From the NCBI GenBank assembly GCA_023150835.1, contig JAKLKB010000019.1:1-64000 (forward strand): DNA of 64,000 bases, written 5' to 3'. The position numbers and the translations under genes are program-made. Under the pieces are notes generated by a model, which saw only the letters and a list, made by a program, of their open reading frames with translations, had not been told where the DNA came from and did not search any database. Every line of letters starts with the position of its first letter. Within the stretch, counting starts at the first letter, position 1. The stretch is from Myxococcota bacterium (GTDB lineage Bacteria; Myxococcota_C; UBA6777). Shown piece by piece: positions 29,046 to 39,394 of the stretch.

Positions 29046-29915
29046 ATGTCATCTGGCCTTGGAGCGCGAGTGTTGACCGCGTTGGTGTTGGTGCCGTTTG
29101 TGATAGCTTTGTTGGGATGGGGACCGTGGTGGGGATTTCCTGCGCTGGTGGTGGTGGGGGTTGCGTTGTCGACGCAAGAACTCTTGAACATCCTGTTGGT
29201 GGAGGAAACGCGGAAACTACGATGGTTTGGGGTGTTTTGTGCGGTTGGGGTGGTGGTGGGATGCTTGGGTTTATGGTCGCCGCCTGCGCGTTATGGGTTT
29301 CCGTGGATGCCGGCGGGGCTGGTGGTGGTGGTGTTGTTGATCCAGTTGGCGACCGCGTGGTTTTTGTTTTCGAGGGGTGGTGCAGCAAATCAAGCGGTGG
29401 TTCCGAGCTATTTGGCGTTGTTTTGTTTTGGAGTGTTGTACACAAGCCTTTTGGGTTCGCATATCGCGCTGCTGTCTTATTTGCCTGAGGGGAGGGCGAT
29501 CTCGACCAACGCGTGGGTGTTTTTGTTGATGACGACGACGTTTTTGGGGGACACGATGGCGTATTTTTTTGGTCGAAGCATCGGGGGTCCAAAGGTGTTT
29601 GTGGCGGTGTCACCGAATAAGACGTGGGCGGGAGTGTTTGGATGTGCGGTGGGCGGGGTGGTGGGGGCATTTGCGATCTCGTGGGTGTTGTTGCCGCAGT
29701 TGCGGTGGTGGGATTGTGTGGTGATCGGTGTGTGTACATCGATACTCGGGCAGATCGGAGATTTTAGTGAGTCGCTGATGAAGCGTGCGCACAAGGTCAA
29801 GGACTCAGGTTCTCTGTTGCCGGGTCATGGGGGATTGTTGGATCGAATCGATGCGTTGCTGTTTAATGGGCCATTCATCTTTTACTACGCAACGTGGGTG
29901 ATCTTGGCGCGCTGA
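29046..29915 (+). CDS. cdsA: Phosphatidate cytidylyltransferase
   Basis: SPNKTW, GD..ES..KR...VKDSG.LLPGHGGLLDRID. Confidence 0.95.
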   Translation: MSSGLGARVLTALVLVPFVIALLGWGPWWGFPALVVVGVALSTQELLNILLVEETRKLRWFGVFCAVGVVVGCLGLWSPPARYGFPWMPAGLVVVVLLIQLATAWFLFSRGGAANQAVVPSYLALFCFGVLYTSLLGSHIALLSYLPEGRAISTNAWVFLLMTTTFLGDTMAYFFGRSIGGPKVFVAVSPNKTWAGVFGCAVGGVVGAFAISWVLLPQLRWWDCVVIGVCTSILGQIGDFSESLMKRAHKVKDSGSLLPGHGGLLDRIDALLFNGPFIFYYATWVILAR

Positions 29916-29967
29916 GACGGAAGAAGTCAGTCGTCCACCCCGCAAGGTCTTGGCGTTAGAGGCGGAT

Positions 29968-31626
29968 ATGTCGGTACTGTTGAGTCTTTTTGGTTTTGTG
30001 TTGATGCTGGGTGTGCTGATCTTTGTTCACGAGTTGGGGCATTTTTTGGCGGCCAAGTGGTTTGGCGTGCGGGTGGAAGTGTTTTCGTTGGGGTTTGGGG
30101 CGCATCTGTTGCGGTTTCGTTGGGGCGAAACGCTGTACCAAGTGTGTTGGTTGCCGCTTGGGGGTTATGTGCGGATGTTTGGGGAACATGAGCCGATGAA
30201 AGGCCCGAAAGAGATCATCGCCCGTTCGTTTTCAAACAAGCCGTTGTATCAGCGGGCTTTGATCGTGTTGGCGGGTCCGTTTGCGAACCTTGTGGTGTTG
30301 CCGTTGGCGGCGTTTGGTGTGCTGTACGGGGTTCAAAAGAACGAGATGGCGACGGTGATCGGTACGGTGGTTCCGGGGAGTCCAGCAGAGAGAGCAGGTC
30401 TGCGTGCGGGGGATCGGATCGTGGGTGTGGATGGACAGACGACGCGGTATTTTCGGCATCTGTTGAGTACGATCGGCCAATCTCCCGAACGCAAGGTGCG
30501 TTTGGAGATCGAACGGGAAGGAAAAAAGGTGGGGGTGGCCTTGACCCCGCAAAGGCACGTATACCGCGACGCGTTGGGGATCGAAAAAGTACGCGGACTG
30601 ATCGGGATCACGGCGGATTATCGGTTGCCAGAGGTGGGGATCGCAGATCCAGAATCCTCGGCATATCGGGCAGGGCTGCGCACAGGCGATTTGATCGTCG
30701 AGGTGAACGGAGTGTCCGTCAAACGCTGGGATGATCTGGTGCGCGAAGTGCGAAAGACCCCGTTGGGGCCGCATCGCTACGCTTACAAGCGACCCCTTCG
30801 CTACGAAGGGATCGAGGTGCGCTTTCAAGGTTATCTGCCGATCCGCGAAGTGGTGGTGTTGCCGAGGGTTCGGAAGCTGCAAGGAAAGAGTGTGGTTGAA
30901 GACGGCATCCACTCGTCCGAACTGTTTTTGCGGGATGTGTTGGCGGGTTCTCCGTTGGCGGCTGCGGGATTAAAAGCGGGAGATCGGTTGATCGCGATCG
31001 CAGGCAAGACGCTGAAAGTGCAGTCGGATCTTGCGATGCTGCCGCGCCCCAAAGAATCGGGGCAAGACGAAGTGGTGTTTGAACGCGCAGGACAGATCGT
31101 GCGGCGAAAGTTTACGCTGTTTGCGATGACATGGACCGATCCGCTCAAACAAAAGCACAAACGGATGATCCTTGGGCATCTGCTCCATCAGCCGTATGCA
31201 GCGGGCGAAGAGATCGCGATCGATTCTCGTTGGCGCTACGCAGTAAGTCGTGCGTGGGAGGACACATGGGAAGTTGCAGGTTTGTTGGTGGGGGTGTTAC
31301 AAAAGATGTTTGCCCGCGAGATATCGACCGATACGATCGGTGGCCCGATCTTGATCTTTCAAATCGCCCAAGATGCCGTCAAAAGCGGATGGGAAGTGTT
31401 TTTGCGGCACATGGCGCTGATCAGCATCAATCTCGGTGTGTTGAATCTTTTGCCGATCCCGATCTTGGATGGCGGTCACTTGTTCTTTTTCGGTATCGAA
31501 GCCATCATCCGTCGTCCTATCCCCGCACGGATCAGAGAGTTTGCGCTGCTTGTCGGGTTGGTTCTGTTGATGCTCTTGATGTTTTTGGGCTTTCGCAACG
31601 ATATCTTGCGCACGTTTTTTTCATGA
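29968..31626 (+). CDS. rseP: Site-2 protease RseP with multiple PDZ domains
   Basis: HELGH, PLGGYV, AGP.AN, NLLPIPILDGG. Confidence 0.95.
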   Translation: MSVLLSLFGFVLMLGVLIFVHELGHFLAAKWFGVRVEVFSLGFGAHLLRFRWGETLYQVCWLPLGGYVRMFGEHEPMKGPKEIIARSFSNKPLYQRALIVLAGPFANLVVLPLAAFGVLYGVQKNEMATVIGTVVPGSPAERAGLRAGDRIVGVDGQTTRYFRHLLSTIGQSPERKVRLEIEREGKKVGVALTPQRHVYRDALGIEKVRGLIGITADYRLPEVGIADPESSAYRAGLRTGDLIVEVNGVSVKRWDDLVREVRKTPLGPHRYAYKRPLRYEGIEVRFQGYLPIREVVVLPRVRKLQGKSVVEDGIHSSELFLRDVLAGSPLAAAGLKAGDRLIAIAGKTLKVQSDLAMLPRPKESGQDEVVFERAGQIVRRKFTLFAMTWTDPLKQKHKRMILGHLLHQPYAAGEEIAIDSRWRYAVSRAWEDTWEVAGLLVGVLQKMFAREISTDTIGGPILIFQIAQDAVKSGWEVFLRHMALISINLGVLNLLPIPILDGGHLFFFGIEAIIRRPIPARIREFALLVGLVLLMLLMFLGFRNDILRTFFS

Positions 31627-31646
31627 TAGGAAAAACGCGGTTGGGT

Positions 31647-31766
31647 TTGTGGGGTGCTACCCCATACGCGCAAGGGACCGGTGGCCCCTTGACCCCGTAT
31701 CGGCGAGACGAACAGGGCTTTTCAGACCAACGGCTCTGTCGCTTGAAGTGGCGCGAACACGGGGGG
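31647..31766 (-). repeat. Family 2 element (copy c)
   Basis: TGTGGGGTGCTACCCCA...CAAGGG..CCCCTTGACCCCGT...CTGTCGCTTGA..GCGAACACGG. Confidence 0.75.
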
Positions 31767-31958
31767 AGGAAAGCCGCGTAGATGCGGAGAGAGTTTCTCA
31801 AACGGTTGAGACTGTCCAACCAAGACTCCAGTTGCATATCTATCCCCCGCTCGGACGGAGCATCAACGGAGAGCGAATTACCCCTCGTCGATCAGAAATG
31901 ATCAACGTGAAAGGAACAGTGGGAAGATGTAGATAGGGTGGTTTTGAAGACCGCGTAG

Positions 31959-32945
31959 GTGCGGTGGGAGAAGGAAGATGCGGGCAGAGCAGACAAGGAG
32001 CGGAGATTGTTGGAGAACAGCACACCGTTAGCGCGAGAGGGGCTTGCGGAGAAAAGCCTGAAACGACCGAAGCGTTGGTTGGCGTTGGATACCTCGACGC
32101 CGGATGTGGTCATGGCTTTGGTCGAAAACGAACAAGTGATGTTCGAGCAGGTGTTTTGGTCGGGTACGGGGCATAGCGAGCAGATATTGGGACAGATCGA
32201 TGCGGCTTTGTCGTTGGTGTCGTGGCGTGTCGAGGATCTCGAAGCGATGGTGGTGGGGCAAGGCCCGGGTTCTTTTACAGGGTTGCGCGTTGGTGTGGCG
32301 ACGGCGCAAGGACTGTCGTGGGCGTTAGGGATTCCGTTGTTTGGGGTGTCTTCGTTGGATGCGTGGGCGTGGAGCGCTCCGATGGCGGCGACGTCGTGGG
32401 TTGTTGCGTGTGTGGATGCGCGAAAAGATCAGGTGTACGCAGGCTTTTATCGGATCGAGGAAGGCGAGATCGAGATCGGGCATTCTGAGCCTTCGGAGGG
32501 ACGGGGGATGGTGAACAGCCCAGAAGCCACAGATCCCAAGCGGTGCGTTGCGGTGAGTGCGCGGTGCGTTGCGGTGTCTTCGCCGCTGTTGGTCTCGCCG
32601 TGGCGTCTGCACGAAGCGATCAAGCAGATGCCATCGGCTTTGTTGGTGGGTACGGGTGTGTCTGTGATGAGTCGAGTGTGGCGAGAACAAGGCGCGGTGA
32701 GTGCGCGTTGTTCTGCTGTGCCGGTCAAGTTGCGCGGGAGTGCTTTGGTGGCTTTGGCGCAGCAAGACCAAGCAAAAGGCCGATTATCCGAGGCTTCGTG
32801 GTCTGTTTTGCCCGTGTATGTGCGCGCCGCCGATGCAGAGCTTCAAGTCACAAGGCAAGAGGATGAAGTGTGGTTTGCTGAAGAGGTTGGTTTTTTGCGC
32901 GAGGTGTTGTTTCCCTCGGTATCTTCGGCATCTTCGGCAAGATGA
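31959..32945 (+). CDS. tsaB: t6A biosynthesis protein TsaB (start uncertain)
   Basis: LALDTS, HSE, GPGSFTGLRVG, DARK..VY, P.YVR. Confidence 0.9.
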   Translation: MRWEKEDAGRADKERRLLENSTPLAREGLAEKSLKRPKRWLALDTSTPDVVMALVENEQVMFEQVFWSGTGHSEQILGQIDAALSLVSWRVEDLEAMVVGQGPGSFTGLRVGVATAQGLSWALGIPLFGVSSLDAWAWSAPMAATSWVVACVDARKDQVYAGFYRIEEGEIEIGHSEPSEGRGMVNSPEATDPKRCVAVSARCVAVSSPLLVSPWRLHEAIKQMPSALLVGTGVSVMSRVWREQGAVSARCSAVPVKLRGSALVALAQQDQAKGRLSEASWSVLPVYVRAADAELQVTRQEDEVWFAEEVGFLREVLFPSVSSASSAR

Positions 32946-33070
32946 GGGCATCATCGGGTGAAAAAAATCGAGAGGAAAGCGAATCGTTTTGGTCTAGGCA
33001 GTCATCCAAAGCGCGACTTTCCGTGTGTGCGAAATAGGTGTTTTGAGAGGACGGCTGGGGTGGGCAAAAA

Positions 33071-33188
33071 CCCCCGTGTTCGCGGCATTTCAAACAACAC
33101 GGCTGGTTGCTTGAAAAACAACGGAACTCCCCGTCAATGTGGGGCCAAGGGGACAATGTTCCCTTGAGGGGTGTGGGGCAAAGCCCCA
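33071..33188 (+). repeat. Family 2 element (copy d)
   Basis: CCGTGTTCGCG..TTTCAA...GGGGCCAAGGGG..CCCTTGAGGGGTGTGGGGCAAAGCCCCA. Confidence 0.7.
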
Positions 33189-33240
33189 AAAAACACAGCC
33201 CACAGTGAAATTTCTATCGTCGAAAAGAAAGGATGCGTCG

Positions 33241-33717
33241 ATGGCAAATCATCCGCGTAACCCCTATCTGGCGGTCGATGTGATCGTCGAGATCGGTTCC
33301 CAGATCGTGTTGATTGAGCGAAAGAACCCGCCGCATGGTTGGGCGATCCCGGGTGGATTTGTTGATTATGGCGAGCCTGTCGAAGCCGCAGCAGTGCGTG
33401 AGATCAAAGAAGAGACCGGTTTGGAAGTGGTCTTGGATACGATGCTGTATGTGTATTCGGACCCCCAACGCGATCCGCGCCAACATGTCACTTCTGTGGT
33501 GTTTATCGGCCAAGCACAAGGTGTCCCCAAAGCTGCGGATGATGCGAAGAATGCTCGGTTGTTTTCTCCCGTCACACCGCCTTCTCCGCTCAGTTTCGAT
33601 CATGCGCAGATCTTGCGCGACTATATGGCCTATCGTCAAAGCGGCAAGCCGCCCTCTCCCCGCCGTCGGTTGGCCGATTATGTCGAACGCATCGAAGAAA
33701 CCAAAAAAAGTGAGTGA
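33241..33717 (+). CDS. Nudix hydrolase (ADP-ribose pyrophosphatase-like)
   Basis: PGGFVDYGE...[21 protein letters not shown]. Confidence 0.9.
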   Translation: MANHPRNPYLAVDVIVEIGSQIVLIERKNPPHGWAIPGGFVDYGEPVEAAAVREIKEETGLEVVLDTMLYVYSDPQRDPRQHVTSVVFIGQAQGVPKAADDAKNARLFSPVTPPSPLSFDHAQILRDYMAYRQSGKPPSPRRRLADYVERIEETKKSE

Positions 33718-33727
33718 ACGAGGGGGA

Positions 33728-34504
33728 TTAAAAGAGTAGGGGTGGCATAAAGCGGGAGCGTTGGATGCGCAGCGCGATGATGCGCAAGATGCTGTATTCG
33801 ATGGTGCGGTTGGAGGGGACGGGTTGAGAGGGGGTTTTGGGGTCGAGCGTGTAGAAAGGGCGTTGAAGTTTGTGAGCGCGGATCGTGGCGTCGATGTGGA
33901 GGAGGGTGCGCTGTGTGGATTGGCGCAGGCGGCAGCCTTGCCATGTCTTGGCGAGTGCGACGCCTTGCTGCATCGTGGTGGTGAGGGTATCGAGGTGCTG
34001 AAAGTAGTGTTGTTGGGCGGTCGCAAAGGCTTGTTCGTTGGGGTAATTGTTGCGCTCTGGGGGAGGTGGCGGTTTGGGCGGGGAGCCATCCAAGGCCCAC
34101 GCAGGGAGTCCCTTGAGGTCGATCGGTCCCGTGCTATGGCGTATTTGAAAGCGAAGCGTCACCAGATGCCCGTACTCTTGCCAGCGAGCCCCGTATCGTT
34201 CGAAGGCGACAGGCTTGGTGTGGTAGGTGTGTTGTTGGGCATCTTGTTGTTGGAGAGGGAAGTTTTGCTGTTTGAGAAAGCCCTCAAGTGCAGCGATGAC
34301 CGCTTGTTTTGGGACTTCAAAGCAGTAGTGCGCGCTGTAGTAAGAGGCAGGGCGGGGGCTGCGATAAAAGGCGCTCGGAGTGCTGCACCCGCAAATCGCG
34401 CACAATCCGAAGGCAAAAAACAGGCGGTGGAAGGCCGCGCAGGAAGGGCGTTTACGAGGAAAGATGCAGCCAAAACAGCGGTAGAACGGGCAAGTGGTAC
34501 GCAT
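33728..34504 (-). CDS. Hypothetical, probable lipoprotein (start uncertain)
   Basis: Hydrophobic stretch ending ICG-C; fills intergenic gap. Confidence 0.5.
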   Translation of the reverse strand: MRTTCPFYRCFGCIFPRKRPSCAAFHRLFFAFGLCAICGCSTPSAFYRSPRPASYYSAHYCFEVPKQAVIAALEGFLKQQNFPLQQQDAQQHTYHTKPVAFERYGARWQEYGHLVTLRFQIRHSTGPIDLKGLPAWALDGSPPKPPPPPERNNYPNEQAFATAQQHYFQHLDTLTTTMQQGVALAKTWQGCRLRQSTQRTLLHIDATIRAHKLQRPFYTLDPKTPSQPVPSNRTIEYSILRIIALRIQRSRFMPPLLF

Positions 34505-34598
34505 GGTTTTTGTTGTGCCGATGGGGCTGGGGTTTGGGGTCGAAGATCGGGTTTGGGAATCGGAGACTGGGATGCAAGATCGGGGGAGTTTGGGGTTG

Positions 34599-34713
34599 AT
34601 ACGAGATCCGAGAGATGTGTACGCAAAAGATCGTGCGTAGACGCCCTGTGCTTGGGCAGCCACACCTGTCTGCCCCTACATTTTTACGATCACGCAACGG
34701 GCGGATATCGTAT
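34599..34713 (-). repeat. Family 1 element (copy C)
   Basis: ATACGAGATCCG...CTGCCCCTAC...GCGGATATCGTAT. Confidence 0.9.
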
Positions 34714-35339
34714 TAGGGTTTGAGATGGGTGATGGGGTTTTTGGTGAATTCGACACTCACGTCGACACGATTTTCAACGGTGTCACCGCCTTTGTCGATA
34801 GGTCCGACGGCGACGAGGGAGGCTTGGCCTTTTTCGGTCGTGACGATGATGGGCTTTTGAGCGCGGATGTTCTTGTACTTTTTCATGTAAGTGAAGACGC
34901 CACAGCCGTATCCTTCGATGACAAAAGAGGCCATTACGCGGTGTCGTCCGGCGGGAACTTCTTGGTCAAAGACGATCTGGCGGCCTGAGATGGCGGGTTG
35001 TTTCTTGATATCGTGGGAGAAGATCGACTTGCCGTTGAGGGATATCTGGACGGTGTTGACGCGGAAAGTGCAGCCGATTCGATCTTCGTAGACGATGCGC
35101 AAGCGAGGGGCACCAAAGGAAAAATTCTTTTTGAAGATCTTTTCGCTGAGGCGTTCGGAGCGATTGGAGAGGGCGCGTAGCCGTGCTTCGATGGCGGTGA
35201 TGCGCGTACTTAGGCTGCTCAGGCGACGCTGTTGGCTACCGCTGAGGCCGTCGTTGTCTTGTGCGGTTGCAGGAAACGCCGCAAAAAGCAGCAGCAGAGC
35301 GCTAAAAAAAGCCAAGCATCGGTGGTTTGGTGTGCGCAT
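34713..35339 (-). CDS. Exported hypothetical protein (coiled coil plus beta domain), resembling a myxobacteria-conserved family
   Basis: Signal peptide ATA|Q; GRH...GYGCGVFTY motif. Confidence 0.6.
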   Translation of the reverse strand: MRTPNHRCLAFFSALLLLFAAFPATAQDNDGLSGSQQRRLSSLSTRITAIEARLRALSNRSERLSEKIFKKNFSFGAPRLRIVYEDRIGCTFRVNTVQISLNGKSIFSHDIKKQPAISGRQIVFDQEVPAGRHRVMASFVIEGYGCGVFTYMKKYKNIRAQKPIIVTTEKGQASLVAVGPIDKGGDTVENRVDVSVEFTKNPITHLKP

Positions 35340-35631
35340 CGGTTCTCCTTGTGTTGTTCGATCCGCGTCTGTGATCTTGACATCAGGGCGTTTTGTGCTT
35401 TATACGCTCGAATCTGCATTTTTTGCACGGTCCCAAAGCTTAGCAAGAACAAAGAGGCGCAAGATGTCGTGCCGTTTATACACGAGAGACAGCCTAGGAT
35501 TCAAGCGACGTGACACTTCTTTTTTTGGATCGTGCTTTGTTGTGTCGGTTTGGGTGCAACGAACCGCGAGGCCGTTTTCGCCTTGGTGGGTATCAAGGCA
35601 GAGTATCTTTTCTTTTTTGGAGGCTTTTTCG

Positions 35632-36012
35632 ATGATGCGATGGTTCAAGTTCTCTGTGTTGCTCCTGTCTGTGTTGTGTGTGGGAGCGCTCCCCGCTGGA
35701 TGCTCGGTCAACCCGCAAGATTGTGTACCCGTGACGATGTTACCCACCGTTGTTCGGGCCAAAGTCAACCAGATCGTGACGGTCACCACGACATTCAGCA
35801 AGTCCTGTGGCGTGGAGACGACTGCGACCTTTAGTTTTGGGGACAGCAATTCCATTCGTCCTGCAAGCCAAAAACCCGAGAAGATCGTGGTTCCCGCTGG
35901 TCAAGACACCATCAAATTTGATATCCAAGGAGTCGCTGTAGGCGAGACGTTTTTGTTCATCACCATGAACAACATCACCCAAAAAGTCCCAGTGTCCGTC
36001 ACAGCGCAGTAA
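35632..36012 (+). CDS. Small lipoprotein, Ig-like
   Basis: GGAGG RBS; signal ending PAG-C; beta-rich. Confidence 0.65.
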   Translation: MMRWFKFSVLLLSVLCVGALPAGCSVNPQDCVPVTMLPTVVRAKVNQIVTVTTTFSKSCGVETTATFSFGDSNSIRPASQKPEKIVVPAGQDTIKFDIQGVAVGETFLFITMNNITQKVPVSVTAQ

Positions 36013-36047
36013 ACGCAAGGGGAATGGGGGGAACATCGCGATACACT

Positions 36048-36131
36048 ACGACAAAACACCGAGATAAGGCGACTTACGCTTTGGGCAAGACGACAAAACA
36101 CCGAGATAAGGCGACTTACGCTTTGGGCAAG
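36048..36131. repeat. Perfect 42-bp tandem duplication
   Basis: ACGACAAAACACCGAGATAAGGCGACTTACGCTTTGGGCAAG twice. Confidence 0.9.
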
Positions 36132-36187
36132 ACACGCATTGGACGCGTACGGTCAAGGACAATCATTGCGGCGGGGCCTCCGCCTTT

Positions 36188-37930
36188 TTGCAGGATGGAA
36201 CGGCTGTGCAAGACGGAAGAAAGCTGATCGCTTGGCTAGAACAGCAAGGCTATTTTGAAGACGCGCTCAAGGAGTGCGATATCTTGATTGCAAAAGATCC
36301 TGATGACACGGATCTTCGGGCTTTTCGAGCATCCTTGCTTGTGCGCTGTGGTCGCCCCGAGGAAGCGATCGCGTTGTACGGCGAGGTCGCGATGGAGTGG
36401 TCTGAAAAAGGACAGTATTTGCGGGCGATTAGCTGCTCGAAAGCGGTGGCGTTGTTGGACTTTTCGGCTTATGAAAAACTGTCGCGTCGGTTGGCGACTT
36501 TTTACAACAAGCGCTACGCAACCCCCGGGGCAACCAATCAACCCTTGCCCTTCAGCGAGATTACAGCCTCGATCCCTGTCTCTGTTCTCGGCTCCGAAGC
36601 ACTGCTTGGCGATCAAGACAGCAGCGGTGAGATGCCGATTACATGGGTCGAACCGCCGCGTCCGTCCACATCGCAAGTGGATATGGACGCCCCCTCAAGC
36701 GACGCGCTCACCGCCCCTCCAAGCAGCGGTGAGGAACCGACCTTGTATTCGACCGTTCCAGAGCATTCCTCAGGGCCTCCAATCTCCTCGCCCTTTGAAC
36801 CGATGAATAAACCTCCAAGCGCAGCCGCTGCTTCTTCGCATCCAACCCAAAAGAAGCGGCGAACAGGCGAGAACGAAAAGCAGCGAACAGGCGAGAACGA
36901 AAAACAGCGAACAGGCGAGAACGAAAAACAGCGAACAGGTGAGAACGAAAAACAGCGAACAGGCGAGAACGAAAAACAGCGAACGGGTGGCTTTGAGAAA
37001 CAGCGAACGGGTGGCTTTGAGAAACAGCGAACGGGTGGCTTTGAGAAACAGCAAACAGGCGAAGCGGATTCTTGGACAACGGACGCGGTGCGTCAAAAAG
37101 AAGCCTCGCGCAAAGAATCGCAAAAACTGCCCAGTCTGTTTAGCCGCCTTGATGCCGATAGTACGGCGGCTTTGATGGATTATTTGTTTCCGGTCGAGGC
37201 CCCCAAAGGAAAAGTGCTGATGCAGCAAGGAGAATACGGAAACGAATTCTTCTTGATCAGCGAAGGGCGGGTGGTGCTGACGCGGCGTGTGGATGGCGAA
37301 GAAGAAGTCCTTGTGGAACTCGGACCCGGCCAATTCTTCGGTGAGATCGCGCTGCTTACACCGTTGCGACGTACCGCGACAGTCACTTGTCTCGAAGACT
37401 GCCAACTGTTGCGCTTGACCCGTGAAGATCTGCGCAATGTGGTTCAGTCCCATCCCAATGTCGACACCGAACTACGGCGCTTTGTGTACCAACGGCTGAT
37501 TCAAAACCTGTTGTTGACATCGCTACTGTTTTTTGCTCTTTCGACCGAGGATAGGGTGTCTTTTGTCGAATTCTTTTCTGTTCTCGAAGGCAAAGCAGGC
37601 GTTGTTTTGGTGCGCGAAGAGCAACCTTCTGATGCGCTGTATTTGATTGCGGGCGGAACAGCGGAGCTTTTGAAACGCAAAGGATCGGAAGGAGAGGTCA
37701 GCGTTCAACACCTCGGGGTGGGGGACTTTTTTGGAGAGAGCGCGATCTTGGGCCGAGACAGCGCGCTGTACAGCGCCCGTCTTGCTGAAGATTGCATCTT
37801 GCTCAAGCTGCGAGCAGACGGTGCAGCAAAGGTCCGTCCACGCTTCCCCAAAGCGATCGAGATCGTGCGCAATATCTCCGAACAACGGCGTCGAGAGATC
37901 CACGCCTTGTCTTCGATGTGGGCCATCTAG
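36188..37930 (+). CDS. TPR plus two cyclic-nucleotide-binding domains; 8-aa (RTGENEKQ/RTGGFEKQ) repeat linker
   Basis: FFGEIALL..RTATV and FFGESAIL; 24-bp repeats near 36858-37060. Confidence 0.85.
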   Translation: MQDGTAVQDGRKLIAWLEQQGYFEDALKECDILIAKDPDDTDLRAFRASLLVRCGRPEEAIALYGEVAMEWSEKGQYLRAISCSKAVALLDFSAYEKLSRRLATFYNKRYATPGATNQPLPFSEITASIPVSVLGSEALLGDQDSSGEMPITWVEPPRPSTSQVDMDAPSSDALTAPPSSGEEPTLYSTVPEHSSGPPISSPFEPMNKPPSAAAASSHPTQKKRRTGENEKQRTGENEKQRTGENEKQRTGENEKQRTGENEKQRTGGFEKQRTGGFEKQRTGGFEKQQTGEADSWTTDAVRQKEASRKESQKLPSLFSRLDADSTAALMDYLFPVEAPKGKVLMQQGEYGNEFFLISEGRVVLTRRVDGEEEVLVELGPGQFFGEIALLTPLRRTATVTCLEDCQLLRLTREDLRNVVQSHPNVDTELRRFVYQRLIQNLLLTSLLFFALSTEDRVSFVEFFSVLEGKAGVVLVREEQPSDALYLIAGGTAELLKRKGSEGEVSVQHLGVGDFFGESAILGRDSALYSARLAEDCILLKLRADGAAKVRPRFPKAIEIVRNISEQRRREIHALSSMWAI

Positions 37931-37987
37931 GCCGAGCACTTCGTTGCGAGGTGCGGTGCGTTGTGGTGCGGTTTTGTAGGAGCAAGG

Positions 37988-39295
37988 ATGAAGCGGCGTA
38001 TGGTGTTTTGGTCTTGGTGGCTGGGATGGCTGGTCGGTCTCGTGGTGATGAGTTGCAACGCCCCGGCACCCGTGAGCGTAGCAGCCATCCGCCCTGCAAG
38101 TGCCTCGAACCAACAAGACGCGACGTTGACGATCTTGGGTGAAGGTTTTGACAGCAGCGCGAAAGCGTGGTTGATCGGCAAAGATGGGCAGAAGATCGCG
38201 TTGGTGGCGTTGCGGATCTTGACGCCACAAAAAGCCGAAGTCTTGCTTGCAAAAGGCGGACAGGCGGGGATATACGATCTGCTGTGGGAGCAAGGCGGTA
38301 TAGAGAAGCGGTTGGGGGGAGCGTTTGAGATCTTGGCGGGGGCGCTGACGATCGATGTGGTCGATGTGGGACAAGGCGATGCGTTGTTGATCCGCGTATC
38401 GAGCGGAAAGAGCGTCTTGATTGATGCAGGGCGCGAAGAAGATGTCGACGCGTTGATCAGCTTTTTGCGTGCCGAAGGCGTGACGCGCTTTGATTATGTG
38501 ATCGCTACACATTACGACACCGATCATGTCGGTGGATTCGCCAAGTTGGTGTATGGTCCAGATGGTCGCCCCAATACCGAAGACGATCGTCGAGCCACCG
38601 AAGGTTGGTGGGATCGTGGTGGTTTTAGCAAAAGCACCTCGTACGCTTCTGTGCGCGATCTATTTCCCTCTATCCGAAAGATTCTTGACGGTAGCGATGC
38701 ATCTTCTTTTCCGAGCATCGATCTCGGCGCAGGAGTCAAGCTCCAAGTCGTCACCGCCAACGGAGCCGTCCTTCAAAAAGATGGCAGCATCCAACGCATC
38801 AACTGCCTTGATGATGAAAACTGCCGTAGCATCGGAACCATGATCTCTCTTGGGAAGTTCCGGTTTTGGACGGCAGGCGATCTCACAGGAGGAGGCATCG
38901 AAACCCCCGATGTCGAATCCACCCTAGCTCGGATCATCGATCCTGTCGACGTTTACCGCGCTCACCATCACGGCAGCCGCACCAGTTCAACGCAAACATT
39001 GCTGGATGCTTTAAAGCCCCAAGCCATCGTGATCAGTGCAGGCCGTCAGAATAGCTATTGTCATCCAAGCGATGAAGTCCTCAAACGCTTGATCCCCATT
39101 CCCGCGATCGCTCTTTTTGTCACCACCTCCGGCATGATCGACGCCGAAAAGTGTGGCTTTGCCACCAACGAACTGGTCTTTGGCATGGGAGACCGCGCCC
39201 TCTTAAATGCCGGGAATATCCGCATTCAGGCTGGTGAAGATCGCTATACCATCCGTTCTGCCGCTGGTGAGGTCCGCAGCTACACGACCCGTTAG
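37988..39295 (+). CDS. Lipoprotein with Ig-like N-domain and ComEC/Rec2-type metallo-beta-lactamase hydrolase
   Basis: DVGQGD, THYDTDHVGG, AGD, HHHGS, ISAG..N.YCHP. Confidence 0.8.
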   Translation: MKRRMVFWSWWLGWLVGLVVMSCNAPAPVSVAAIRPASASNQQDATLTILGEGFDSSAKAWLIGKDGQKIALVALRILTPQKAEVLLAKGGQAGIYDLLWEQGGIEKRLGGAFEILAGALTIDVVDVGQGDALLIRVSSGKSVLIDAGREEDVDALISFLRAEGVTRFDYVIATHYDTDHVGGFAKLVYGPDGRPNTEDDRRATEGWWDRGGFSKSTSYASVRDLFPSIRKILDGSDASSFPSIDLGAGVKLQVVTANGAVLQKDGSIQRINCLDDENCRSIGTMISLGKFRFWTAGDLTGGGIETPDVESTLARIIDPVDVYRAHHHGSRTSSTQTLLDALKPQAIVISAGRQNSYCHPSDEVLKRLIPIPAIALFVTTSGMIDAEKCGFATNELVFGMGDRALLNAGNIRIQAGEDRYTIRSAAGEVRSYTTR

Positions 39296-39394
39296 TCGGA
39301 CCAAGAAGAGTCCACAGAAGGCACGGAAAACACGGGAGGAAGACGACCAAAGGGAGTCTCGCGCATTGGAGAGAAAGTATGGAAGGGGGTTTTC

